A stretch of 64,000 nucleotides of DNA from a virus (taxonomy: Duplodnaviria; Caudoviricetes), in the IMG/VR virus record IMGVR_UViG_3300042868_009047. One strand, 5' to 3'. The notes below the pieces were generated by a model. The model was given only the letters and a program-made list of their open reading frames with translations. It did no database searches and was not told the DNA's origin. The translations under genes were made by a program, and so were the position numbers. Position 1 is the first letter of the stretch, and each line of letters begins with the position of its first letter. Shown here piece by piece: positions 30,050 through 40,310 of this stretch.

Positions 30050-31186
30050 ATGAGAAAATCAGGAATACAGTTGGGTGATTACCCTAATTTTATCGCTAAG
30101 GCGACAGTTGATGCGTTATCCAAAAGAACACATCCTTTGGCTAAAATGCCATACTACGACCAATCCACACACCCAGAGAGGTGGAGAGAGGAAGTTATTG
30201 CATCTGAAAGATATAAAGAGTTGGTCGACTCTTATAGTAACACATTTGGTATAGACAAATCACAACTAAATCCAATGGAAGTTATGATGTGTGCAGGTTC
30301 TGCTAATTATATTGCAACAAATAAAGAGAGTGGTAATAGACCAAAACTTTGCAAACTTGCTGAAAAAATCATAAGAGAAGAATGGTTTCTCGGTAAAGAT
30401 GAGGTTATTTTTGATTTAGAAATATTAGAGCCAGGTAATATTAAACTACCTGAGGAAACAAATATGGAATCACCTTTAACTGAAGAAGAAAAAGAGGAAA
30501 TTGAAAATGAAATGGAAGATGAGGTTGTAAAAAGAAGAACAATTAATGGGTTTGCACAAGGTGCTTCATTAAGAGGTCACTATTTATTTCATTTATATAG
30601 TTCCGAAATTGAGGAGATTGTACCAGATATTACTGGTTACTACCAAAAAGCTTTAATTGCTAATGACTTGTTTTATTATTTAATTAGCGATGAGATGTTT
30701 CAACAACAAATTGAAGCTGATGATTCTAATAACGCAGGTTACGTTAAGCTTGACTTTAGTGGAGAAACACCTAAAATTATAGCAAAAGCGATTAATTTAC
30801 CGATATTAATCCATGAAATGATAAAAGGTATTATATCTTTATTATCTGTAGCTGGTTTACCAAAAGAAAACTCAGATAAAGTAATTGATTATACTGATAC
30901 AATTATTTCTGAATTATGGGATATTCGTTTATTCCCTGTTATATGGGGTAATTTTCACGCTTTAATTGATGAAGAAGATTATGACATTAAAAAATTAATC
31001 TTAATTGATCTCTTCAAAAGAGATGCTGAAGATTTTATTGATTTTATGTCGTTGTTAGAGCATCGACCTGATTACGCTAAAAAAGAGATAAAAGATATTG
31101 TCAAGGAAAAAAGAATGGAAATTATGGAATATAATTTTATTAAAGATGACCTTGATAATTTTGATTTAAGCGATTTAGGACTATAA
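30050..31186 (+). CDS. Hypothetical protein upstream of terminase
   Basis: 378-aa ORF; no recognised motif. Confidence 0.75.
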   Translation: MRKSGIQLGDYPNFIAKATVDALSKRTHPLAKMPYYDQSTHPERWREEVIASERYKELVDSYSNTFGIDKSQLNPMEVMMCAGSANYIATNKESGNRPKLCKLAEKIIREEWFLGKDEVIFDLEILEPGNIKLPEETNMESPLTEEEKEEIENEMEDEVVKRRTINGFAQGASLRGHYLFHLYSSEIEEIVPDITGYYQKALIANDLFYYLISDEMFQQQIEADDSNNAGYVKLDFSGETPKIIAKAINLPILIHEMIKGIISLLSVAGLPKENSDKVIDYTDTIISELWDIRLFPVIWGNFHALIDEEDYDIKKLILIDLFKRDAEDFIDFMSLLEHRPDYAKKEIKDIVKEKRMEIMEYNFIKDDLDNFDLSDLGL

Positions 31187-31214
31187 TAAACTATTTATAT
31201 GGAAAGAATAGACC

Positions 31215-33023
31215 TTGGCAAAACAAATTACCGATAAAAAAGAGTTACTATTAGAGTATGCAAAATGCTCTCAGGATTTTTGTTATGTCATAGAAAGTTA
31301 TTTTGAGACATTTGATAAAACCAGAGAGGGTTATGTCCCTTTTGAGCTTTTTGATGGTCAAAGAAAACTTGTTGCTAATTATAAAAAACATAGATTTAAT
31401 CTAGTTTTAAAATATCGCCAGGCTGGTATCTCAACAGTAACAGCCGCCTATTCTGCTGTACTTACAGCTTTTGCTAGTCCAGATAGACCTGAGAAGGTTT
31501 TGATTCTTGCGAATAAACAGGAAACAGCGATTGAGTTCCAAAACAAAATCATTAACTTTATCAAACAATTACCTGATTGGGTAAATGTTTCATTTGATAA
31601 ATCATCACAAAAACACGTTAGATTATCTAACGGTTCCGAAATTAAAGCCGTTGCAACATCCCAGGATGCCTTGCGTGGTTATACACCAACTGTTTTATTA
31701 ATTGATGAAGCTGCCTTCGTTGAGGGTGGTCAGGAGTTATGGACAGCGTGTCTCGCTTCAATTGGTACTGGTGGTAAAGCTGTATTAATCTCAACTCCTA
31801 ATGGATTAGACCCAATTTATTATGCTTCATATGAAGGTGCTATCAAAGGTGATAACAGTTTTTGTGTTACCCATTTAAAATGGTGGCAAGATCCACGATT
31901 TAACAAGGATTTACGTTTAATCAAAACTAAAGATATTGTTGACTGGATCCAAAAACCAGCGTCTGAAAAAGATGAAGATATTATTGAATCGGTTATTGAT
32001 TTACACCAAGATGTTATAGCTAAATTTATTAGCGATGGTTATAAACCACACTCTACATGGTATGAAAATATGTGTAGAGATATGAACTTTAATAAACGTA
32101 TGATCAACCAAGAGTTGGAGTGTGCATTTATTGGTTCTGGTGATAACGTTATTGAGGGTGAAATTATTAGAAAACAAGAACAAGAAAATGTCATCGAACC
32201 GATTGTTAAAGATAAGGCTTGGGACAGTAATTTATGGATATGGAAATTACCTGAAAAAGGTCATAGATATATTTTAGCTTTGGATGTATCTCGTGGTGAT
32301 TCCGAAGATGCTACTGGTATGTGCATTATTGATTATGATACGTTTGAACAAGTTTTGGAATACCATGGTAAAGTTCAACCAGATATCGCAGCTTTAATAG
32401 TTGACCAATACGGTAGGATGTATGATGCATTATCAACTTTTGATATCACAGGTGGTATGGGTATTGCATCAACCCAAAAACTTAAAGATTTAAATTATCC
32501 TAAAAAATTATTACATTACGATAAAGAAGGTGATAATAATAGTATGTATTTTATACCAGATGAAAACTCTATCCCAGGTATAAATTTTGCATCAAAAAAC
32601 AGAAGAAGTCAAATTGTAGCTGCTTTAGAAGAGGCTGTTGCTAGAGGTGGTTTTAAAATCAGAAGTGAAAGATTGACAGCTGAGTTAAAAAAATTCGTTT
32701 ATAAAAACGGTAAGCCAGACCATATGAAAGGTTCACACGATGACCTTATTATGGCTCTTGGTATGTGTCTATTTGTAGCTAATACGTCATTTAAAAGATT
32801 ACAAGAATCAGATAATATGACCAGAGCTATGTTAGATAGTTGGAAGATAACAACTAATAACGTAAAAACGGAAGCAGACTATTTATTAAAAGACGTAACT
32901 AGCTCACCAAATCCAGATAAATCATATTACAATTCTGATGAATTTACGACAAATAATAATATGATGAATACAAGGGAATTTGGCTGGTTATTTGGCGTAA
33001 CTAAACCTAAACCTAATAATTAA
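31215..33023 (+). CDS. terL: Terminase large subunit (T4 gp17-like)
   Basis: LKYRQAGIST, IDEAAF, ISTPNG, LDVSRG, HDDLIMALG; TTG start; TATTTAT at 31192-31198. Confidence 0.95.
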   Translation: MAKQITDKKELLLEYAKCSQDFCYVIESYFETFDKTREGYVPFELFDGQRKLVANYKKHRFNLVLKYRQAGISTVTAAYSAVLTAFASPDRPEKVLILANKQETAIEFQNKIINFIKQLPDWVNVSFDKSSQKHVRLSNGSEIKAVATSQDALRGYTPTVLLIDEAAFVEGGQELWTACLASIGTGGKAVLISTPNGLDPIYYASYEGAIKGDNSFCVTHLKWWQDPRFNKDLRLIKTKDIVDWIQKPASEKDEDIIESVIDLHQDVIAKFISDGYKPHSTWYENMCRDMNFNKRMINQELECAFIGSGDNVIEGEIIRKQEQENVIEPIVKDKAWDSNLWIWKLPEKGHRYILALDVSRGDSEDATGMCIIDYDTFEQVLEYHGKVQPDIAALIVDQYGRMYDALSTFDITGGMGIASTQKLKDLNYPKKLLHYDKEGDNNSMYFIPDENSIPGINFASKNRRSQIVAALEEAVARGGFKIRSERLTAELKKFVYKNGKPDHMKGSHDDLIMALGMCLFVANTSFKRLQESDNMTRAMLDSWKITTNNVKTEADYLLKDVTSSPNPDKSYYNSDEFTTNNNMMNTREFGWLFGVTKPKPNN

Positions 33024-33038
33024 AAACAACTAAACAAA

Positions 33039-33278
33039 ATGGCAAACATAATTAGACAAGCTAGAAGCAGTGGATTCGGGTCAACATCAATCGTTAGAGG
33101 AAGTGAACCAAAAAATTTCGATAAAAAAGACGGTATAGCATTACAAAGAAATGTTGATGCTATTAAATGTTCAATAGAATCTGATGGTACAACAACATAC
33201 GTGCAAAAAAAAGAATGGGATCAAGATGTAGAAAACTACAAATTTCCACCATTTGTAGAATGTGAATACGTAAATTAA
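33039..33278 (+). CDS. Hypothetical protein
   Basis: 79-aa ORF between terminase and portal. Confidence 0.65.
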   Translation: MANIIRQARSSGFGSTSIVRGSEPKNFDKKDGIALQRNVDAIKCSIESDGTTTYVQKKEWDQDVENYKFPPFVECEYVN

Positions 33279-33284
33279 AAATAT

Positions 33285-35138
33285 ATGGCAGATAATAGAT
33301 TAACAATATTTCAAAGATTAAATAAGGTTCTCGGTAATGAAGTCGATGGCCCAAAATACGTAATTGACCCTAGTTCATTCAATGGGTTAAGTGGTAATGA
33401 TTTGGAACAAAAAAAGTTAGAGGCACAACAAACTCTATACCTACAAAATCAATGGAAAAAAATTGATAATGAACTTTATCAAAAAGCTGTTTACTATGAA
33501 CCAACAAGAATTGCATCATATTACGATTATGAGGCCATGGAATATACACCAGAAATTTCTGTTGCGTTGGATATTTTTGCTGAAGAAGCTACAACAGCAA
33601 ATGAAAGCGGTAAAGTTTTAACAATTTATTCTGATAGTACCAGAATCAAAAAAGAATTAACAGATTTGTTTGAGAATGTGTTAGATATTAACGCTAACCT
33701 AACATCTTGGGCTAGAAACGTATGTAAATACGGTGATAATTTTGTTTACAATAAAATCGTACCTAATCAGGGTATTGTTGGTGTAACTCAATTACCAAAT
33801 ATTGAGATGACAAGATCTGAACCAGGATTTTCAAAAATCACTAGTTTAGGTGATCAACAAAAAGAAAAGAATATTAAATTTTTCTGGAAAGATAAAAATG
33901 TTGAGTTTAATTCATTTGAAATTTCCCACTTTAGATTACTTGGTGATGATAGAAGATTACCTTATGGTACATCAATGCTTGAAAAAGTAAGAAGAATTTG
34001 GAAACAATTATTATTATCTGAAGATGCGATGTTAGTTTATCGTGTTACCAGAGCACCAGAAAGACGTGTTTACAAAGTATTTGTTGGTAACATGGATGAT
34101 AAAGACGTTGACGCTTATGTTGACAAGATTGCCAATAACTTCAAAAGAGTTAATATGGTTGATAATAATAATGGTCAGCAAGACACACGTTATAACGCAT
34201 TAGCTGTCGATCAGGATTATTTTATACCTGTTAGGGACCCAAGCCTTGCGATGCCAATTGAAACGCTTCCTGGGGCTCAAAACTTATCAGAAATAGCTGA
34301 CATTGAGTATATCCAAAAGAAAATGCTTGCTGCCCTTAGAGTACCCAAAGCTTTTATTGGTTTTGAGGAAACTACTGGTGATGGTAAAAACTTGGCAATC
34401 CTTGACGTACGTTTTGCAAGAGCTGTACATAGAGTACAAAAAGCCCTTATCCAAGAATTAAATAAAATGGCTATCATTCATTTGTATACTAAAGGGTTTA
34501 CGGATGATTTAGAAAACTTTACGTTAACATTAACAAGCCCATCTACTCAAGCCGAAATGCTTAAAATCCAAAACTGGAAAGAAAAAGTTACATTATATCG
34601 TGACGCTGTTTCTGACGCTGGTAACGGATTCTCAGCCATGTCAATGACTTACGCTAAGAAAGAAATCTTAAATATGAGTGATGATGAGATTAAACTCGAC
34701 ATACAAAGACAAGCTGTTGAAAAAGCTGGTGGTGAAGAGCTTAAATCATTGGGTGAAACCATTAAACAAACTGGTATATTTAGAGATATCTATAAAATAT
34801 ACAAAATTGACCCTAATAACATGACACTTGGTGGTGCTGGTGGAGATATGAGTGGTGCTGGTGCTGGTGGTAGCATGGGTGGTGATATGGGTGGTGGTGC
34901 TGAAACTGCTGGTGGAACTGATTTTACAACCCCGTTAGAAGTTCCAGGAGCTGAGAGCGGTGCTGAAATACCAGGCCCTGAAACAGCAGCTGCGGCCCCA
35001 GAAGTGGGTTCTGAGTTACCAGGTACCGAAGAAGAGCCTTTAGCTGAGATAACAAAAAGAAAATTAGATGCTAAAAATAGACTAATCAATGAGTCACTTA
35101 AAAAAACAATTGATGAAATTGACGATTTATTAGTATAA
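33285..35138 (+). CDS. gp20: Portal vertex protein (T4 gp20-like)
   Basis: YGTSMLE...EDAMLVYRVTRAPERRVYKV, DYFIPVR, IETLPGAQNL; Gly/acidic C-terminal tail. Confidence 0.95.
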   Translation: MADNRLTIFQRLNKVLGNEVDGPKYVIDPSSFNGLSGNDLEQKKLEAQQTLYLQNQWKKIDNELYQKAVYYEPTRIASYYDYEAMEYTPEISVALDIFAEEATTANESGKVLTIYSDSTRIKKELTDLFENVLDINANLTSWARNVCKYGDNFVYNKIVPNQGIVGVTQLPNIEMTRSEPGFSKITSLGDQQKEKNIKFFWKDKNVEFNSFEISHFRLLGDDRRLPYGTSMLEKVRRIWKQLLLSEDAMLVYRVTRAPERRVYKVFVGNMDDKDVDAYVDKIANNFKRVNMVDNNNGQQDTRYNALAVDQDYFIPVRDPSLAMPIETLPGAQNLSEIADIEYIQKKMLAALRVPKAFIGFEETTGDGKNLAILDVRFARAVHRVQKALIQELNKMAIIHLYTKGFTDDLENFTLTLTSPSTQAEMLKIQNWKEKVTLYRDAVSDAGNGFSAMSMTYAKKEILNMSDDEIKLDIQRQAVEKAGGEELKSLGETIKQTGIFRDIYKIYKIDPNNMTLGGAGGDMSGAGAGGSMGGDMGGGAETAGGTDFTTPLEVPGAESGAEIPGPETAAAAPEVGSELPGTEEEPLAEITKRKLDAKNRLINESLKKTIDEIDDLLV

Positions 35139-35177
35139 TTAAAAAATAACCGATATTTATATAAAAATATTAAACAG

Positions 35178-35891
35178 ATGTTTGGACAATTAAAAGAAAG
35201 TATTCTTTCAGATTTAGAAAAAACCTACCAAGAAAAAGGTGAAAAAGATTTTAAAAAGTCTTTTTCCAAGTATGTTAAGGTGTTAAAAGAAAATAATGTA
35301 TTAAGAGAATTTAATGAGGTTTACAACTTATTAAATACAATGAGATTTGAAAACGAGGATATTGCAAAAGAATTCGTTGAGGAATCAATTACACATTTAA
35401 AATCTTTTGATTTAACAAAAATTGACGCATTAAAAACTTTAACCGAAAACATTGTTATTGTTAATAATGTTATTAGTGAAAGTATCGACCAACTTGTTTT
35501 TAACAAAAAATTATCATTGGTTGATAAAGTTAAACATAAAACAAATTTAGTTAAAAATTTAACAAGAGTTGATGAAAATATTGTTTCAATAAAAGAATCA
35601 ATAGATAAAATTAACGAAAGTTTGGCTGATAAAATATCAAAATTAAACGAGGAACAAGTTAAGGTTTTGAATTTATTCGCTGAAAATGATGAATCTATTA
35701 TTAATAACTATTACACAACATTAATCGAAAGCACTCAGAATATGGTTGAAAAAACTATAAATAAAGCTGATGATATTATTGTTGTTAAAAAATTATTAGA
35801 AGTTAGATCAAAGTTAAATGAGATGAAAAATCAAAAACCATCTTTAGATGTTATTGATACTGTTCTTGATTTAAAGAAAAGTTTCGAATAA
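35178..35891 (+). CDS. Hypothetical protein (probable prohead component)
   Basis: 237-aa helical ORF after the portal; GATATTTATA at 35152-35161. Confidence 0.65.
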   Translation: MFGQLKESILSDLEKTYQEKGEKDFKKSFSKYVKVLKENNVLREFNEVYNLLNTMRFENEDIAKEFVEESITHLKSFDLTKIDALKTLTENIVIVNNVISESIDQLVFNKKLSLVDKVKHKTNLVKNLTRVDENIVSIKESIDKINESLADKISKLNEEQVKVLNLFAENDESIINNYYTTLIESTQNMVEKTINKADDIIVVKKLLEVRSKLNEMKNQKPSLDVIDTVLDLKKSFE

Positions 35892-35914
35892 ACACACATT
35901 CTACAATAAAAAGT

Positions 35915-35945
35915 AAAGCCAGGGTAGCGAATCCTGGCTTTTTTT
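35915..35945. terminator. Bidirectional intrinsic terminator
   Basis: AAAGCCAGG-gtagcgaat-CCTGGCTTT with T tract, between convergent genes. Confidence 0.85.
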
Positions 35946-35992
35946 GTTCCATAACTGGAACGGTCCTAAAACACCGCTTATAGCGGAATATC

Positions 35993-36304
35993 TTATTTGG
36001 TTTCCTCAACCATAGTGTCAGCTTCAGTTGACGAAGCTTCAGCATTTGATTTAGCTATTGACACTTTATGACCCGTATAGTTTTTATAACCAATTAAAGC
36101 GGCTCCAATCATGGTAAAAGCTACCGCTTGATTAATTACGTCCATACTTTTGTCAATAAAAATTCTATCAACCACCCCTAATAGGAATGATAAACAGCCT
36201 ACCATAACAATGATAAAGCCTGATGTTGATGTTACAGATGTTTTTCCGTCTGGGTTCGATGTCATTTCACCGAAAGACCATTTTTTGATGTCTCCTATAT
36301 TCAT
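35993..36304 (-). CDS. Two-TM membrane protein (holin-like candidate)
   Basis: Two hydrophobic segments (GFIIVMVGCLSFLLGVV; AVAFTMIGAALIGY); TATTTAT on the minus strand at 36322-36328. Confidence 0.55.
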   Translation of the reverse strand: MNIGDIKKWSFGEMTSNPDGKTSVTSTSGFIIVMVGCLSFLLGVVDRIFIDKSMDVINQAVAFTMIGAALIGYKNYTGHKVSIAKSNAEASSTEADTMVEETK

Positions 36305-36335
36305 AATATGTGTGTTTGATTATAAATACCTTAAA

Positions 36336-36367
36336 TTTGCTTTAATGACCTTTTTTTCTTATTATTA
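36336..36367 (+). promoter_or_regulatory. Variant host-type promoter
   Basis: TTTG, 20 nt, TATTATTATAACAAT; same spacing and tail as GTTG-N20-TACTATTATAACAAT at 38522. Confidence 0.5.
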
Positions 36368-36409
36368 TAACAATAAATAATAAAATATATTAAAATATGA
36401 AAAAACAAA

Positions 36410-36859
36410 ATGCAGTGCAAATTTGGGAAAGAAAAGAAACTCTTTACAGACGAGAGATTTCGAGTTAAATACGGTACAATTGATGCCGTTAAGTTAAACG
36501 CCATTTATTTAAATTTTGAGTCATGGGTGCAACCCAAGGAAATAGATAATTACGACTCATACATTAGATTAATGCGGAAACAAATTATTGTTAAAATAAA
36601 AGATAATATGGATATAACAACATTTAACGAAAATTTTATTGTTGACCTTGATTTAAGAGCTTCAGGTATGTCATCAGATAAAAAAAGTTTTATGTTTATT
36701 GAGTTAACGGTATACCCCAAAGAGAAATTAAAATTTAATTCCACTTTAATGTTTAAAAAAATGCAAGAATTGTCTAATCTTATAGTCGAATCCTTAGAAC
36801 AGAATAAGCTAAATTACTTTTCAAAAAAATCAAATGCTAGATCAAGAAGACTTATATGA
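36410..36859 (+). CDS. Hypothetical protein
   Basis: 149-aa ORF. Confidence 0.7.
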   Translation: MQCKFGKEKKLFTDERFRVKYGTIDAVKLNAIYLNFESWVQPKEIDNYDSYIRLMRKQIIVKIKDNMDITTFNENFIVDLDLRASGMSSDKKSFMFIELTVYPKEKLKFNSTLMFKKMQELSNLIVESLEQNKLNYFSKKSNARSRRLI

Positions 36860-37757
36860 GATGTCCGCAGAAGAAGGACAAGAAATGATTAAAGAACACT
36901 TCGATAAAATTTACCCATCAATCGAATCGTGGTATACAATAAACAACACTGATTTCTTTTTTAACTTTAAAACGGTTGCTACCGTTGAATCTGGCTTATA
37001 TAGTATGATATATAACGATGGTAACGGTTTTGGTGTTTCAAAATTAAACTATAAAAGTGATGAATTTTTTCACCTACCATCACTACCACATAATGAAATT
37101 ATCGATGACCTAATCAAATTCTGGGATAATGTAGATAGGTTTAAAAAATATAACCTAACCCCAAAAAGAGGTATAATTCTACACGGTGAACCAGGTTGTG
37201 GTAAAACATCTTTGATTTATCTTTTGGTTGATAAATTAAAAGAATATAATGGTTTATCAATCTATTTTGATAACCCGTTTAATTGGGTTGAATTAGCCAA
37301 GCTGGTTAGAAAGGTTGAAAAAACAAGACCTTTACTTTGTATTATTGAGGATATTGATCTTGTTATTGATAAATTCGGTGAAGAAGTGTTCTTAAACTTC
37401 TTAGATGGTCTAAATTCAATTGATAATGTTGTTTATGTGGCAACGACAAATAATCTGGAAAAAATCCCAGCTAGGATTAAAGACAGACCATCCAGATTTG
37501 ACAAGAAATATAAAATAGAAAAACCAACAGCGGAAGACAGGAAAATTTATTTTACTGGGATATTAGATGAAGAGGATAAAAAACTATATGACATTGATAA
37601 ATTGGTTAAAGATACTAATGGTTATACCATGGCCCATCTTAAAGAATCGTTTATCTCATTATATATTCTTAAAAACCCATATGATGAAACCATTAAGCGA
37701 TTAAAAAACAAAAAAATTGCTGACGAACGAATCGGATTTGATATTTCTGGGGATTAA
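36834..37757 (+). CDS. AAA+ ATPase (BCS1-like)
   Basis: GEPGCGKT, IIEDID, TTNNLEKI, DRPSRFD. Confidence 0.9.
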   Translation: MLDQEDLYEMSAEEGQEMIKEHFDKIYPSIESWYTINNTDFFFNFKTVATVESGLYSMIYNDGNGFGVSKLNYKSDEFFHLPSLPHNEIIDDLIKFWDNVDRFKKYNLTPKRGIILHGEPGCGKTSLIYLLVDKLKEYNGLSIYFDNPFNWVELAKLVRKVEKTRPLLCIIEDIDLVIDKFGEEVFLNFLDGLNSIDNVVYVATTNNLEKIPARIKDRPSRFDKKYKIEKPTAEDRKIYFTGILDEEDKKLYDIDKLVKDTNGYTMAHLKESFISLYILKNPYDETIKRLKNKKIADERIGFDISGD

Positions 37758-37807
37758 GGCGACACTTAACTTGTTTTCATTATATTTATGTAATATAATC
37801 TATTAAA

Positions 37808-38521
37808 ATGGGTATAAAAATATTAAAAGAAAACGAAGAAGGTTTTGGTATCTTAATTGAAGGTGATGCTGGTTCAGTATCTGAGATATTACAAGGACAA
37901 ATTATAAATGAGGAAATAAGCAAAGGTCCTATTGATTTATCTGGTCCTATATACTATTATGCCACATTACAAAAATATGGTGTTGAAAACAGAAATGGTA
38001 GAGTATACCCAGAAGATATCTTAAGAAGAGAAGTTGAAAACTATAGAGAAGTTATTGCTCGTAACTCTAGTTTCCATGAATTGGATCACCCACAAGAATC
38101 AGTTATATCACTTAAAGGTGGTTCACCTCACAGAATAGTAGATATGTTCTGGAAAGATAACGTTCTTATAGGTAAATTGGAGATATTAGTATCTGAAGGT
38201 TTTAGAAGAGGTGGGATCATATCTTGTAACGGTGATTTAGTTGCTCATTACTTAAGTTATGGTATGACATTGGGTATCTCATCAAGAGGTGTTGGTAGTC
38301 TTAAAAAGATTAACGGTAAAAATGTTGTACAAGGTGACTTTGAATTAATATGTTGGGATATTGTCTCATCACCATCGACACCTGGTTCTTACTTATATAA
38401 AGACCCACAAGATTTTAGAAAATATGATGAGGTTTTAGCTGAACCAAAGGAAATTGAGGAGAGTGCAGCGCCTGAAGAGGATAATTTTTTAGCCAATCTT
38501 AACAAATTTTTAAAGTTTTAA
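37808..38521 (+). CDS. gp21: Prohead core protease (T4 gp21-like)
   Basis: NRNGRVYP, ELDHP, LGISSRGVGS, WDIVSSPSTPG; TATTTAT at 37783-37789. Confidence 0.93.
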   Translation: MGIKILKENEEGFGILIEGDAGSVSEILQGQIINEEISKGPIDLSGPIYYYATLQKYGVENRNGRVYPEDILRREVENYREVIARNSSFHELDHPQESVISLKGGSPHRIVDMFWKDNVLIGKLEILVSEGFRRGGIISCNGDLVAHYLSYGMTLGISSRGVGSLKKINGKNVVQGDFELICWDIVSSPSTPGSYLYKDPQDFRKYDEVLAEPKEIEESAAPEEDNFLANLNKFLKF

Positions 38522-38553
38522 GTTGTCTTTTCAAAAAATTTTTATTACTATTA
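38522..38553 (+). promoter_or_regulatory. Variant host-type promoter
   Basis: GTTG-N20-TACTATTA, which also reads as TTGTCT-N17-TACTAT. Confidence 0.5.
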
Positions 38554-38575
38554 TAACAATTAAAAAATATTTTTT

Positions 38576-38815
38576 ATGAAAACTTACTATTGGTACACAG
38601 TTACAATTCAATTTGTCGTTGAAGACGAGCAAACAGGGAAAATTAAAAAGATTAAAGAAAATTACCTAACCAAAGCAATCTCTGTTACTGACGCAGAAGC
38701 CTCTGTAATCAAGGATCTTGAGGGTACAATGGGTGATTTTAGAATCTTAAAAATTGATGAATCTAAAATTGTTAGAGTCATTCTTCCACAAGGAGTTGAT
38801 ATCAACGCTGAATAA
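38576..38815 (+). CDS. DUF4494-like protein
   Basis: KKIKENYLTKAISVTDAEASV...F.I..I.ESKI pattern of the Bacteroidota DUF4494 family. Confidence 0.7.
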   Translation: MKTYYWYTVTIQFVVEDEQTGKIKKIKENYLTKAISVTDAEASVIKDLEGTMGDFRILKIDESKIVRVILPQGVDINAE

Positions 38816-38836
38816 AAACTAAGAAAAAAACACTTT

Positions 38837-38866
38837 AAAAACCATCCATATCGGGTGGTTTTTTTT
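38837..38866 (+). terminator. Intrinsic terminator
   Basis: AAAAACCATCC-atatc-GGGTGGTTTTT (one G-U pair) plus T tract. Confidence 0.8.
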
Positions 38867-38988
38867 GTTTAACCCCAATGTAATATGAGATAATAAGAAT
38901 ATTTTTTTATTTTTTTTGTTCTTTTGATGTTTTCATAGTATTTATTACTAAGATAATATATCATAATAATTTTATAATAAATTAAAAC

Positions 38989-40278
38989 ATGAGCAAGACA
39001 AATATTTTAGCAGAAACTCTAGCTGAAATTCAAGAACTAAGAGAAGCCGTTTCTAAAAACGCTAATCATGCTTTGAAAAGCACTCTTAAAGAAGAATTAG
39101 AAGAAATTGTCAAAAACAACCTAGAGGAAGTTAATGACGAAGAGTTAACAGATGACATGCCTGGTGATGAACTACCAGGTGATCAAACAGCAAATAATGA
39201 TGACGGTATGGGTAACATGCCTACTGAACCAGAAGAAGGTGAAGAGGTTGTTGACTTAACTGGCGAATCAGATAAGGATGTTATTACACATTTCAACCTT
39301 ATGGATCCTGCTGATGAGATCGAAATCGTACAAACCCCAGAAGGTGGTGTACAAATCAACATTACAGCCTCTAAAGGTGAAGACAAAGAATCTGAAGAAG
39401 GTTCTGAGGAAACACCAGTAGCTACTGATATTGATGAGTACAACGATAAACCAATGGAAGGTATGGTCGATGAAATGATTGACTTAGAAGAAGAGCCAGT
39501 GTATGAGATTGAAATCTCAGAAGAGGATCTTAACGAAGTTGCCAAGGAAGCTACAGCGCACATGACTACTAAAGGTGGATCAGTTCCAACAGGTGAAAAG
39601 AAACTTGAGGAACCATCTAAAGAAAGTGGTATGATTAAAAATGCAGCTACCAAACACATGACTACTAAAGGTGGATCAGTTCCAACAGGTGAAAAGAAAC
39701 TTGAGGAACCATCTAAAGAAAGTGGTATGATTAAAAATGCAGCTACGAAAGATATCAACGAAAGTACACAAAATAAGGCTGGAAACAAAAACAAAGAAAA
39801 AGAGTTACATGAAAGCTTGGTAGTTATGAGAAAAAAATACCAAGAAACAGTGGCTGAAAATAATAAAAAGACTCAAGAGTTAGATAGCTTTAAAACTTTA
39901 GCGGAAGAATTTAAAGGTTCTGAAACTGAATATAAATCAGCTATTAAAAATCTTAAGTCTCAGTTACAAGAAGTTGCCTTGTTTTCATCAAACTTAACTT
40001 ATGCAATCAAATTGATTACTGAAAACTCTACAACTAAGGATGAAAAATTAAATATCCTTAAGAGATTCGATTCAGCTAAAAACTTAAACGAATCAAGAGA
40101 AATCTTTAACAGTTTGCAAGATCAGTTAGTTTCTGTTAAATCAGCAACAAAACAAGTGATTGAAGACAAAATTATGGAAACTCCAAAAGCTAGTGGTTCT
40201 TCAAAATTAAATGAATCAACTGCTTATCAGAATCCACAATTATCTAGAATGTTGGATATCATCGGAAAAATTAAATAA
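38989..40278 (+). CDS. Prohead scaffolding/core protein (gp22-like)
   Basis: Highly acidic coiled-coil ORF between protease and capsid genes; TATTTAT at 38939-38945. Confidence 0.7.
   Translation: MSKTNILAETLAEIQELREAVSKNANHALKSTLKEELEEIVKNNLEEVNDEELTDDMPGDELPGDQTANNDDGMGNMPTEPEEGEEVVDLTGESDKDVITHFNLMDPADEIEIVQTPEGGVQINITASKGEDKESEEGSEETPVATDIDEYNDKPMEGMVDEMIDLEEEPVYEIEISEEDLNEVAKEATAHMTTKGGSVPTGEKKLEEPSKESGMIKNAATKHMTTKGGSVPTGEKKLEEPSKESGMIKNAATKDINESTQNKAGNKNKEKELHESLVVMRKKYQETVAENNKKTQELDSFKTLAEEFKGSETEYKSAIKNLKSQLQEVALFSSNLTYAIKLITENSTTKDEKLNILKRFDSAKNLNESREIFNSLQDQLVSVKSATKQVIEDKIMETPKASGSSKLNESTAYQNPQLSRMLDIIGKIK
39559..39750 (+). repeat. 96-bp in-frame tandem duplication
   Basis: Two copies (39559-39654, 39655-39750) encoding HMTTKGGSVPTGEKKLEEPSKESGMIKNAATK; one synonymous difference (ACC/ACG). 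Confidence 0.95.
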
Positions 40279-40310
40279 TAAAATTAAAAACAAACTAAAA
40301 AAATACTAAA

